The translations under genes were made by a program, and so were the position numbers. A stretch of 20,000 nucleotides of DNA, from positions 123,584-143,583 of the forward strand of contig JBNGIO010006003.1 of the NCBI GenBank assembly GCA_049999805.1, written 5' to 3'. The stretch is from Folioceros fuciformis. Taxonomy: Eukaryota. This document shows, one piece after another, positions 10,165-18,965 of the stretch. The notes under the pieces were generated by a model, which searched no databases, had not been told where the DNA came from, and saw only the letters and a program-made list of their open reading frames with translations. The stretch's first letter is position 1. Each line of letters starts with the position of its first letter.

Positions 10165-10760
10165 CTGAAAGAGTTTCCTTGGTTACATCCGTAGTCAACA
10201 ACTGCGTCCCCAACTAGTCCGTTCCTTGAGGGCAGGGCAGGAGCTCCCCCTGAACCCAAGTTTCGTCCAGTGCTTGATTGAGACCCAGGACAGAAGGTCC
10301 CCCTTGTCGTGCAGTGCATGAAGGCCGGATACATGCAGTTTCTCTGTGGTGATCACCGATAGTCAACTGGAAACTGTGGGCAAAGCAACGCTGGCCAGGT
10401 CTCAATGACCATCTCGAGCCTTGCACAACCCAACCAGATGGCAGGCAGATTGGAATCACAGCAGATTTTACCTTTAAGAACCCCCAATTCCACGACTGAG
10501 AGCGAGCGGCCATGATTGTTGCCCCCATAACACCCCGGCCAATTGCAACACCTGCAAACCAGCTCAAACATCAACACCCATCCAGCAACCTCCTGCCAAT
10601 CTAATCCGAGCCATCACAGATACCCTGCGCATGACAACAGCTCACCATTTTCACATGGGTGGCGCTCAGCTGAGGCCCTTAAGGTCGACAAGCGCCTATA
10701 CCATGCTTTCAATGGCACGACAGGGCTGAATCTGCTCTGATTCAGCCAGGCCAGCACCAT
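10165..10760 (-). CDS. Tentative upstream exons of the PPR gene encoding an organellar transit-peptide-like N-terminus
   Basis: A phase-consistent model is 10760-10646 (MVLAWLNQSRFSPVVPLKAWYRRLSTLRASAERHPCEN; donor G|GTGAG), 10551-10472 (acceptor TTTGCAG, donor AAG|GTAAA) and 10343-10165 (acceptor CACAG, donor CAG|GTATT), joined to 10080 through CCCTGCAG. The introns are 94, 128 and 84 bp. Exon 1 is rich in R, S and L with no acidic residue in the first 30 aa. The middle acceptor is the least certain. Confidence 0.5.
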
Positions 10761-10993
10761 TCTTCCCTCAAGACGACCACTTCTCTTGGTCGCCCAGTGA
10801 GGTGACAGACTGCGGGGTAAGAAGTGCACAGGTACGCCTGGTACTGGGAAGCTGGACGTAGCGGCCTGAAACAGGCAGAACAGTAGTCGTTCTGTAGTTC
10901 ATCGGGTGGATGAAGTCGTCCAGATACAACAAATCGTGTTCTCAGCTTTGATACATATATGTGAAACTTGCTGGGTACCGGCAAGTGACAGCA

Positions 10994-11025
10994 TTGCGCA
11001 CCTACAGCTATGGGTAAGTGCGCAA
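10994..11025. promoter_or_regulatory. Inverted repeat in the divergent PPR/GCN1 intergenic region
   Basis: Arms ttgcgcacctac (10994-11005) and gtaagtgcgcaa (11014-11025) are 11/12 complementary around an 8-nt loop, and each arm holds the palindrome TGCGCA. The regulatory role is inferred from position only. Confidence 0.45.
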
Positions 11026-11291
11026 GACAAATTCTTGGTAGACCTTAGGGTTGTCTAGGGGTAGCTCTATGAAACGAGAAGGCGACAGCTTTCGATTCGA
11101 CTCTTGAATCAGGACAAGGTAGGCTGGATCCACTACAGGTGAATAGAATCAAAGCGTAGAACAGGGAAGGGCTCGTGCCAGGTATGGGGGCGTTGGAGAG
11201 AATGAGCTTGTGAGCTTTGGCTCATCAATCTTGGATCTGGGAATGTGAAATTGGCAGCTGTATCCATTGTTCCTGCTGGGGCCGTGGCGGA

Positions 11292-14200
11292 ATGGCGGTC
11301 TCGAACGGCGAGACGGGTGAAGGTGTAGAGGAACGCATCAGGGGTATTCTGCGGGACCTGCATCTTCCGGAGACCAGGGCAGATCATGTTGCAGTGGATG
11401 GAGAGATCAGAGAAAGTCTGAAGAGCGATCAGGTGTTCTTCAAAGCATTTGCTGGTGCCTTAGTTCTGGCGGCTGAGAAAACTTGGCGCACAGGGGCAGG
11501 ATCTGCGTGTTACAAACTGTTAAGATGGTCATGTATTCTGATTAGAGAGTGCGCTGAGATCGTGTCTTCAAAATCTGCGTTCTCCAGGTTAGTTTCTGTA
11601 CAGGGGTCTTTACTCTACGGACTTGCAGGGGCGTCTCGTCGACTGCAAAATGCTAGCAATCGCGCTATATTGCAATTGCTTTCCCAGAAACCCAATCTTG
11701 CCAAGCGTTATGTGGCTGAGCTGCAGGGGAGTGCTGCCGATCCGGTCAGCAGCAGTGGACTCGCCAGAGTTCTCATTCAGCTTGCAACAAGGGATGCAGA
11801 GTTTCTTGAGGAGCACAGGGCAGCTTTCCTTGGACTGTATATCTCTCTGGTATGGTCGTCCAAGGAGAAGCCGTCCAGGAGGTTGATTGAAACATTCCGG
11901 CCTCTTCTGAGCATCTTAAATCACAGTGAATTTGGGAACGTGGTGCAGCCTGCAGTGGTCAAAATGCTTCGCAGGAATCCGGAAACGGTGATGGACGCTG
12001 CCTGTGCTCTTTTCAGCTCAGTAAATTTGGACATGAGTAAATATGCTGTGGATGTCTACACAGCTATTCTCCCACAAGCTAGGCATAGTGATGAAGGGAG
12101 GCGGAAAGACAGTGCCACTGTGGTAGGCAACTTGGCTTTGCACACGAGTGACCAAAAGCTTGTACTGAGCATGTATCAGACTGTCAAGTCGGTGTTGGGC
12201 GGGTCTGAAGGAAAGCTGACATTCCCGTACCAAAGGGTGGGTATGATCGGAGCAATTTCGGCCCTATCGAGGACTGAAGGGGGCGAGCAAATTTCTTCTC
12301 TTGCTGCCTCAATTTGTAAGGATCTGATGATACTGTACAAGGATGAAGGAAATGAAGAAGTCAGGCTTGGGATATTGTCGTCTTTGGGTGTGTGGCTTCC
12401 TCGAGCCAAGAATGGTTTGCCTCAAGATTGTGTCAAGTTCTTTGCCGCTGGTCTGAAGGAGAAGGACAACTTGAGGCGGGGGCATCTTCGTTGTTTAAGG
12501 CTTGTTTGTAGCGATCCTGATTTTGCTACTCAATTACAGACGCTAATTGATCCTATGTTGCAGCTGGTGAAAAGTGGCATAACAAAGCCTGCTCAAAGGG
12601 TGGATGGTATTTTTGCCTTCCTTATATCAGTTTTGATTGCAACAGTGGACAGCAAAGCCAACGACTTGCTTAGCAAGGAGAAACTTTGGCCTATGGTCTT
12701 TCAAAAGGACTCTGTGCTGTTCTCGACATTATTTATTCCTAAGATGGCTGTTGAAGATTGCATCGCTCTTTTGCAACTTGCAGAGGTTTCTGTTTTGCAG
12801 TTTCCTCACCGTGTAACAGACAGCTCATCTACAGCTTCAGACGTGTTCAAGCTGGTTGTCACCCTTCTTTGGCATCCTGATCTCAATGTTCGAGAAAGGG
12901 CCTCTAAGGTTGTGTCGCAGTTGCATAAAGACAATCTTCAGTGGTCAAGGATACTTCTCAGTTCCTTCTGTGAGGCTATTGTTGCTGTAGAGGAGCGACT
13001 GTCCTCTCAGAAGCTTGGTGACATTGCAGAAACTAATACTGAGTCAACTGCTTTGGCACCGTTTGAGACCCTTCTTGGGAAGGCTCTGGTTGCTGTTGCC
13101 TCCCCAAATTTTGAGGGGAATGCAGATGCATGTGTACAGATTCTCCTCATTTCTCATCATCCTTGCGTCGTGAGAGGTCGTAGGAAGGATGTCGTGTGGA
13201 AAGTCGTTGTGAGGTCATGTAGGAAGCATGGGGCAAACCTTGTCTCAGCTTTGGAATCAGAACCTGTACTTTTGTGCAAGTACCTGCTTGGGCGCAGTGG
13301 GTTAAGCAGCAGTCGACCGTCAGAAGCGCTGGCAGCTGTGTCAGCCCTGGCAACTGCGATGCAGACCTTGCCTCAACGTTTGTTCTGTCATTTCTTTCTT
13401 GAAGTTCAACTGCTAGGCCGCCAAGCATTTGATTCTTTAACTGAGAAGGATAGAAAGGATGAATCTTCTGTAATTGAAGCTTCATTGGCTATTCCTGTTC
13501 AACAGATGAAAAGACAAGTTGGAGGACCTGGAAAGAAGGACACCAAAAGGCCAGGAAAGGGAGCCAGTGATGCTGAGAAGTCAAAGTCATCCAAGGAGCT
13601 GGCAAGAGAATTGCAGATGAAGGAAGAAGCTGCAGCACAGCTGAAGGTAAGGGCGGGGAAGGAAAGGGTCTCGTGGCTACTGGAAGCATTGGGTGCTGTG
13701 GCTGCTGCCAATCCCACCTTTGTGCAGAATCAGCTTTCTGTGCTGATTGAGTACGTTGTACCTCTCTTGAGTTCTCCAATAGTGGGAAACAAGGCCTTTG
13801 AGGTTATGGTGAAGCTAGCAGGATGTGTGCCACCTTCGTTGAGGCACTTTGCTCCGGATATTGCTGTGGCGCTGTCACTTGTGGCAGGTTCGCCTTCCAC
13901 AATCTCAGAAGAATTCTCTATCTCCTTGGAACAGCAGGAGATAAGACCTGGATTGGTTAGAAGACTTGTTTTGGGAATGGTAAATGCTTGCAAGGATGGG
14001 CCACTGCCCGCACCAACGTTTTCTCTATTTTTTCCTATTATAGAGAAGGTTCTTTCTATGCCCACCAAAAGTAGCGTGCATGACCAGCTTCTGTACATCT
14101 TCACCTTACATTCTTTCACTGATATGTCACTTCCCCATCTGAAGATGATTTTGGTGTTATATAAATTGTTGGAATGTGTACCTTCCTATCAGCAGCAGAT

Positions 14201-17200
14201 TGTAGGCTTGTTGAACAAGCTTTGTACTGGACTCGACAGCTCAGACCTGGCAGAGGCTCTGTCAGGGCTGTTCTCTGAGCATTTTGCTGTGCGCGCGGCA
14301 TGCTTGAATGCCGTCAAGTATGTGCCTTGCCTTGCGAGGAGGGATGCCCCTCCTGATAGGACTGTGGCTGCCCTCATCTGGATGGCCATGTATGATCCAG
14401 AATGGAAGTGTGCTGAGCTTGCAGAGGAGATCTGGGACCTGTACTCTCATGAACTTGGAAGAGATTATGCCTCGCCTCTTCTCAAGTCGCTTGGACATCC
14501 AAACCTGAATGTGCGGCTTGCAGTCGCTGGAGGTCTTGCTGCAGCTATGGACGAGTATACAACAACTGTGCCTGAAACGCTGTCCTCCCTTTTCTCATTG
14601 TATGTAAGGGATCTTCCTATTGGGGCTGGGAAGGAGGATCCTACCTGGCATTCAAGAGACGGAGTAGCTTTGGGGCTGCATGCTGCAGCAGACATCCTTA
14701 CTGATCGTGACCTTCCTGTTGTTGCCACGTTCCTGATCTCAAGGGCACTTGCGGATAGAAACCCAGAGGTGCGCATAAGGATGCTGAATGCTGGGGTTGC
14801 AATCATAGACAAGCATGGGAAGGAGAATGTTGGTCTGCTCTTCCCAATTTTTGAGAACTATCTTGACACCAAGCCTGCTGACGAAGATCAGCATGATCTG
14901 GTGCGTGAAGCAGTTGTGATTTTCATGGGTGCCCTTGCCAGGCACCTCTTACTGGATGACTCCAAAGTTTCAGCATTTTTGGACAAGTTGTTGGAGGTTC
15001 TGAATACTCCATCTGAGGCAGTTCAACGAGCAGTTGCCAAGTGTCTTCCTCCTTTGGTCCCTTCTCAACAAGATAAGGCACACACTCTTGTTACGAAGCT
15101 TCTTAGTCAATTGCTGCAGAGTGATAAGTATGCGGAACGTCGAGGGGCAGCATTTGGCTTAGCAGGCGTTGTCCAAGGTGTTCGGTTGTCAAGCCTTAAA
15201 AAGTATGGCATCATGGATGCCCTGAAAGCTGGAGCCCAAGATAAGAATGCCAATGCCCGCGAGGGAGCCTTACTTGGCTTAGAGTGTCTCTGTGAATTTC
15301 TTGGCCGGTTGTTTGAACCGTACTTGATTCACATTCTGCCCCTTCTTCTGGTGTGCTTTTCGGATCAGGTCTTGGCTGTTCGAAGTGCTGCAAATGCTGT
15401 AGCTCGTGCTATGATGGCTCAGTTGACTGGTCCAGGGGTGAAATTGGTCCTTCCAGGTTTGCTCAAGGGTCTGGAGGATAAAGCTTGGCGTACAAAGGAA
15501 GGGAGCGTACAGTTATTAGGAGCCATGGCATTCTGCGCTCCACATCAGTTGTCACATTGCCTTCCGACAATTGTTCCGAAGCTCAGTGAAGTCTTGACGG
15601 ATACACATCCCAAGGTGCAGTCAGCTGCACAAACTGCTCTGCAGCAAGTTGGCAGTGTGATTAAAAACCCTGAAATTGCTGCTCTTGTTCCTACACTTTT
15701 GACAGGAATCGCAGATCCAAATGAGCATACCAGGTCTTCCCTTGATGTGGTTTTACAGACCACATTTGTCAACTCCGTGGATGCTGCATCTTTGGCTCTG
15801 CTTGTCCCTGTTGTCCACAGAGGATTGAGAGAGAGAGGTTCTGACACAAAGAAGAAGGCTGCACAGATTGTTGGCAACATGAGTAGTTTGGTGACGGATC
15901 ATGAGGATATGCTTCCTTACCTTAGTCTGTTGATACCTGAAGTGAAGAAGGTTCTGGTTGACCCAATCCCAGAAGTGCGAACAGTTGCAGCTCAAGCCCT
16001 TGGTGCATTGATCAAGGGAATGGGGGAAGAGAACTTCAAGGACCTGGTGCCCTGGTTGCTAGAAACGCTGAAGTCAGAGACAAGTGGTGTGGAAAGGTCA
16101 GGTGCTGCTCAAGGTCTCAGTGAGGTTTTGGAAGCACTTGGCACAAATTATTTTGAGTCACTATTACCTGACATCCTGCACAACTGCTCTCATCAGCGTG
16201 CTGCTGTCCGAGATGGACACCTCACTCTATTTAAGTACCTTCCAAGTGCTTTGGGTTCTAACTTTCAAAAGTATCTAGCAGAGGTTTTGCCCGCAATATT
16301 GAATGGTTTGGCTGATGAGAATGAAGCTGTAAGGGATGCTGCCCTGAGCGCTGGGCACATCTTTGTTGAGCACTATGCAACGACATCTTTACCTCTGTTG
16401 TTACCAGCCATAGAAGACGGGATATTTAATGAAAACTGGAGAATTCGGCAGAGTTCAGTAGAGCTACTGGGAGACTTGCTGTTCAAGGTTGCCGGAACTT
16501 CCGGCAAAGTAGTAATAGATGGTGGAAGTGATGATGAGGGTGCAAGCACTGAAGCACATGGTCGTGCAATCGTGGACGTTCTCGGCAAAGAGCGGAGGAA
16601 TGAAGTTTTGGCAGCAGTGTACACGGTCCGGTCTGATGTCAGCCTCTCTGTACGACAAGCAGCATTGCATGTTTGGAAGACTGTGGTCTCCAACACGCCA
16701 AAGACTCTGAGAGAAATCATGCCCGTGCTAATGAACACTTTGATTTCAGCGCTTGCTTCAACATCCACAGAGCATCGTCAAGTGGGTGCTCGATCCTTAG
16801 GTGAGCTCGTTAGGAAAATGGGAGAAAGGGTCCTCCCGTCTATTATTCCAATACTTGCGCGGAGGCTTGTTGACGAAAACGAAAGCACAAGGCAGGGTGT
16901 TTGCTTTGGACTGAGTGAAGTTTTAGCTAGTGCGGGGAAGCACCAGCTTGTGTCGTACATGGTGGATTTGATCCCTACCATTCAGACTGCCTTATGTGAT
17001 AGCTCTCCTGAAGTTCGTGTAGCTGCAGGCATAGCTTTCAGTACTTTGTTCAAAAGTGCAGGTATGCAGGCAGTTGATGAGATTGTTGCTGCTCTCCTCC
17101 GGAACTTGGAAGACGAGGACAAGTCGGATGTGGCACTGAATGGTCTCAAGCAGATTCTTAGTGTGAGGGCGGCTGCAGTTTTGCCACATATTCTACCAAA

Positions 17201-18965
17201 GTTGGTCCACACTCCTTTGACGCCTTTCAATGCAAATGCCCTTGGGGCGTTAGCAGAGGTCGCAGGCCCTGGACTAAACGGATACCTGTCCACCATATTA
17301 CCTCCGCTTATATACGCCATGGGTGATGAAGATCAAGAGATAGCCTCCCTGACGAAGAAGGCAGCTGAGACGGTGGTTTTGGCTGTGGATGGTGAAGGCG
17401 TGAACTCACTTATTGGGGAGCTGAGTAAAGGCCTCGGTGACACACAGAGCGTTGTCAGGAGAGGTTCTGCGTACTTGACAGGGTTCCTGTTCAAAAATTC
17501 AAATGTTGAGCTGGAGGATGAGGTGCCGAGTCTGTTGACCACACTTATTGTTATGCTGACAGACCCTGACAGTAACACTGTTCAGGCTGCATTAGAGGCT
17601 CTAGCAAGTGTGACGGGCTCAATTCCAAAAGAGAACCTTCAGTCACATATCAAAGTTGTGCGCGATGCACTCTCTACTGCAAGAGACAAGGAAAGGCGGA
17701 AGAGGAAAGGGGATCGGATTCTCATTCCTGGGCTGTGCTTGCCTAAATCCCTGCAGACATTGTTGCCCATATTTCTTCAGGGACTCATGGGTGGTTCTGC
17801 TGAGGTCCGGGAGCAAGCAGCGGAAGGTCTTGGGGAGCTGATCGATGTCACCAACGAAATCACTTTGAAGCCTGTCATTGTCTCCATAACCGGGCCTCTT
17901 ATTCGAATTGTGGGAGACAGATTTACCTGGCAAGTGAAAAGTGCCATCCTGGCAACTCTGGGGATAGTCATTACAAAGGGAGGAATTGCCTTGAAACCAT
18001 TTCTCCCTCAGCTGCAAACGACGTTTATTAAGTGTCTGCAAGACAACTCAAAACCTGTGAGGTCCAGGGCAGCTTGGGCTCTTGGTCAGCTGAGTGCACT
18101 GAGCGTTAGGGTGGATCCAATGGTTGATGATCTCCTCACTCGCCTGCAGGCGTCTGAGAATGGGTTGAATGCAGTGCTGATTGCACTTCTGGGGGTGATG
18201 AAGAATGCTGGCAAGAATGTGAGCGCAAATGTGATCTCCAATGCTGTGGTAGCTTTGCAAGTTCTTCTCAATGCAGAAGAAGGTGACATCAGAGCGCTGG
18301 CAGCAAGGACGTTGGGAATCGTGTCAAAGTATGTTGATGATGGGAACTTTAGTAGGGTGCTGCAGAGTCTGGTAGCATCTCCCTCTCAGCCATGGCCCTT
18401 GCGACATGGCGCAACTATTGCATTGGCATCCGTGCTAAGGCACTCCTCTTCTCGGATCTGTGTGTCCAGTGCTCAGCTGTCAATTGCAACATCAGTCATT
18501 TGCGCGAGAGCCAGGGATGACAAGTCCCCGGTGCGGGAATATGCCGCCAGGGCCATGGGATTTTTGCTGAGTTTTCAGCTGAAAGAGAGCACATGTGGTT
18601 CCGACTCCCTGCCTGAGCTGGTGCCAATGCTGGTGGACCTTCTGAATGATGACACTAGCGAGGTGCGGAGAAGGGCCCTCAGCAGCCTCAAGTTGATGTC
18701 CAAGGCAAATGCAGGTGCATTGGTGGGGTATATTAAGCTGCTGGGCCCAGCCATCGGGAACTGCCTTAAGGACAGCAGCTCCCCAGTCCGATTGACTGCA
18801 GAGCGTGCTGCCTTCCACCTCTTCCAGTTGCCAAGAGGACCAGAGAATCTCCAACTGGCTCAGAAGTATATCACTGGGCTGGATGCCAGGCGCATAGCCA
18901 AGCAAGCAGAGTTCAGCGATGCCAGCGACGATAGTGAGGGAGACTCTTCTCCCTCTGGAGTCTAG
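11292..18965 (+). CDS. GCN1: GCN1 / ILITYHIA translational activator (HEAT-repeat GCN2 activator), single-exon, about 2557 aa
   Basis: One continuous ORF; first ATG at 11292 (the ORF-track start at 11217 is TTG). It contains GCN1 signature segments: VLNTPSEAVQRAVAKCL, KYAERRGAAFGLAGVV, LEDKAWRTKEGSVQLLGAMAFCAP, LPTIVPKLSEVLTDTHPKVQ, KKKAAQIVGNM, LVDPIPEVRTVAAQALG, VERSGAAQGLSEVL, NWRIRQSSVELLGDLLFKVAG, ITGPLIRIVGDRF, LKPFLPQLQTTFIKCL, and the plant C-terminus AQKYITGLDARRIAK. Confidence 0.96.
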   Translation: MAVSNGETGEGVEERIRGILRDLHLPETRADHVAVDGEIRESLKSDQVFFKAFAGALVLAAEKTWRTGAGSACYKLLRWSCILIRECAEIVSSKSAFSRLVSVQGSLLYGLAGASRRLQNASNRAILQLLSQKPNLAKRYVAELQGSAADPVSSSGLARVLIQLATRDAEFLEEHRAAFLGLYISLVWSSKEKPSRRLIETFRPLLSILNHSEFGNVVQPAVVKMLRRNPETVMDAACALFSSVNLDMSKYAVDVYTAILPQARHSDEGRRKDSATVVGNLALHTSDQKLVLSMYQTVKSVLGGSEGKLTFPYQRVGMIGAISALSRTEGGEQISSLAASICKDLMILYKDEGNEEVRLGILSSLGVWLPRAKNGLPQDCVKFFAAGLKEKDNLRRGHLRCLRLVCSDPDFATQLQTLIDPMLQLVKSGITKPAQRVDGIFAFLISVLIATVDSKANDLLSKEKLWPMVFQKDSVLFSTLFIPKMAVEDCIALLQLAEVSVLQFPHRVTDSSSTASDVFKLVVTLLWHPDLNVRERASKVVSQLHKDNLQWSRILLSSFCEAIVAVEERLSSQKLGDIAETNTESTALAPFETLLGKALVAVASPNFEGNADACVQILLISHHPCVVRGRRKDVVWKVVVRSCRKHGANLVSALESEPVLLCKYLLGRSGLSSSRPSEALAAVSALATAMQTLPQRLFCHFFLEVQLLGRQAFDSLTEKDRKDESSVIEASLAIPVQQMKRQVGGPGKKDTKRPGKGASDAEKSKSSKELARELQMKEEAAAQLKVRAGKERVSWLLEALGAVAAANPTFVQNQLSVLIEYVVPLLSSPIVGNKAFEVMVKLAGCVPPSLRHFAPDIAVALSLVAGSPSTISEEFSISLEQQEIRPGLVRRLVLGMVNACKDGPLPAPTFSLFFPIIEKVLSMPTKSSVHDQLLYIFTLHSFTDMSLPHLKMILVLYKLLECVPSYQQQIVGLLNKLCTGLDSSDLAEALSGLFSEHFAVRAACLNAVKYVPCLARRDAPPDRTVAALIWMAMYDPEWKCAELAEEIWDLYSHELGRDYASPLLKSLGHPNLNVRLAVAGGLAAAMDEYTTTVPETLSSLFSLYVRDLPIGAGKEDPTWHSRDGVALGLHAAADILTDRDLPVVATFLISRALADRNPEVRIRMLNAGVAIIDKHGKENVGLLFPIFENYLDTKPADEDQHDLVREAVVIFMGALARHLLLDDSKVSAFLDKLLEVLNTPSEAVQRAVAKCLPPLVPSQQDKAHTLVTKLLSQLLQSDKYAERRGAAFGLAGVVQGVRLSSLKKYGIMDALKAGAQDKNANAREGALLGLECLCEFLGRLFEPYLIHILPLLLVCFSDQVLAVRSAANAVARAMMAQLTGPGVKLVLPGLLKGLEDKAWRTKEGSVQLLGAMAFCAPHQLSHCLPTIVPKLSEVLTDTHPKVQSAAQTALQQVGSVIKNPEIAALVPTLLTGIADPNEHTRSSLDVVLQTTFVNSVDAASLALLVPVVHRGLRERGSDTKKKAAQIVGNMSSLVTDHEDMLPYLSLLIPEVKKVLVDPIPEVRTVAAQALGALIKGMGEENFKDLVPWLLETLKSETSGVERSGAAQGLSEVLEALGTNYFESLLPDILHNCSHQRAAVRDGHLTLFKYLPSALGSNFQKYLAEVLPAILNGLADENEAVRDAALSAGHIFVEHYATTSLPLLLPAIEDGIFNENWRIRQSSVELLGDLLFKVAGTSGKVVIDGGSDDEGASTEAHGRAIVDVLGKERRNEVLAAVYTVRSDVSLSVRQAALHVWKTVVSNTPKTLREIMPVLMNTLISALASTSTEHRQVGARSLGELVRKMGERVLPSIIPILARRLVDENESTRQGVCFGLSEVLASAGKHQLVSYMVDLIPTIQTALCDSSPEVRVAAGIAFSTLFKSAGMQAVDEIVAALLRNLEDEDKSDVALNGLKQILSVRAAAVLPHILPKLVHTPLTPFNANALGALAEVAGPGLNGYLSTILPPLIYAMGDEDQEIASLTKKAAETVVLAVDGEGVNSLIGELSKGLGDTQSVVRRGSAYLTGFLFKNSNVELEDEVPSLLTTLIVMLTDPDSNTVQAALEALASVTGSIPKENLQSHIKVVRDALSTARDKERRKRKGDRILIPGLCLPKSLQTLLPIFLQGLMGGSAEVREQAAEGLGELIDVTNEITLKPVIVSITGPLIRIVGDRFTWQVKSAILATLGIVITKGGIALKPFLPQLQTTFIKCLQDNSKPVRSRAAWALGQLSALSVRVDPMVDDLLTRLQASENGLNAVLIALLGVMKNAGKNVSANVISNAVVALQVLLNAEEGDIRALAARTLGIVSKYVDDGNFSRVLQSLVASPSQPWPLRHGATIALASVLRHSSSRICVSSAQLSIATSVICARARDDKSPVREYAARAMGFLLSFQLKESTCGSDSLPELVPMLVDLLNDDTSEVRRRALSSLKLMSKANAGALVGYIKLLGPAIGNCLKDSSSPVRLTAERAAFHLFQLPRGPENLQLAQKYITGLDARRIAKQAEFSDASDDSEGDSSPSGV

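Noticed and set aside
11217-11291. N-terminal extension MAHQSWIWEC... of GCN1 in the ORF track
   Set aside because: It starts at TTG and shows no GCN1-like sequence; the first ATG, in good context (GGAATGG), is at 11292.
7138-18905. Numerous short ORFs overlapping the PPR and GCN1 genes
   Set aside because: Alternative-frame or antisense by-products of long coding regions, with no recognisable domains.
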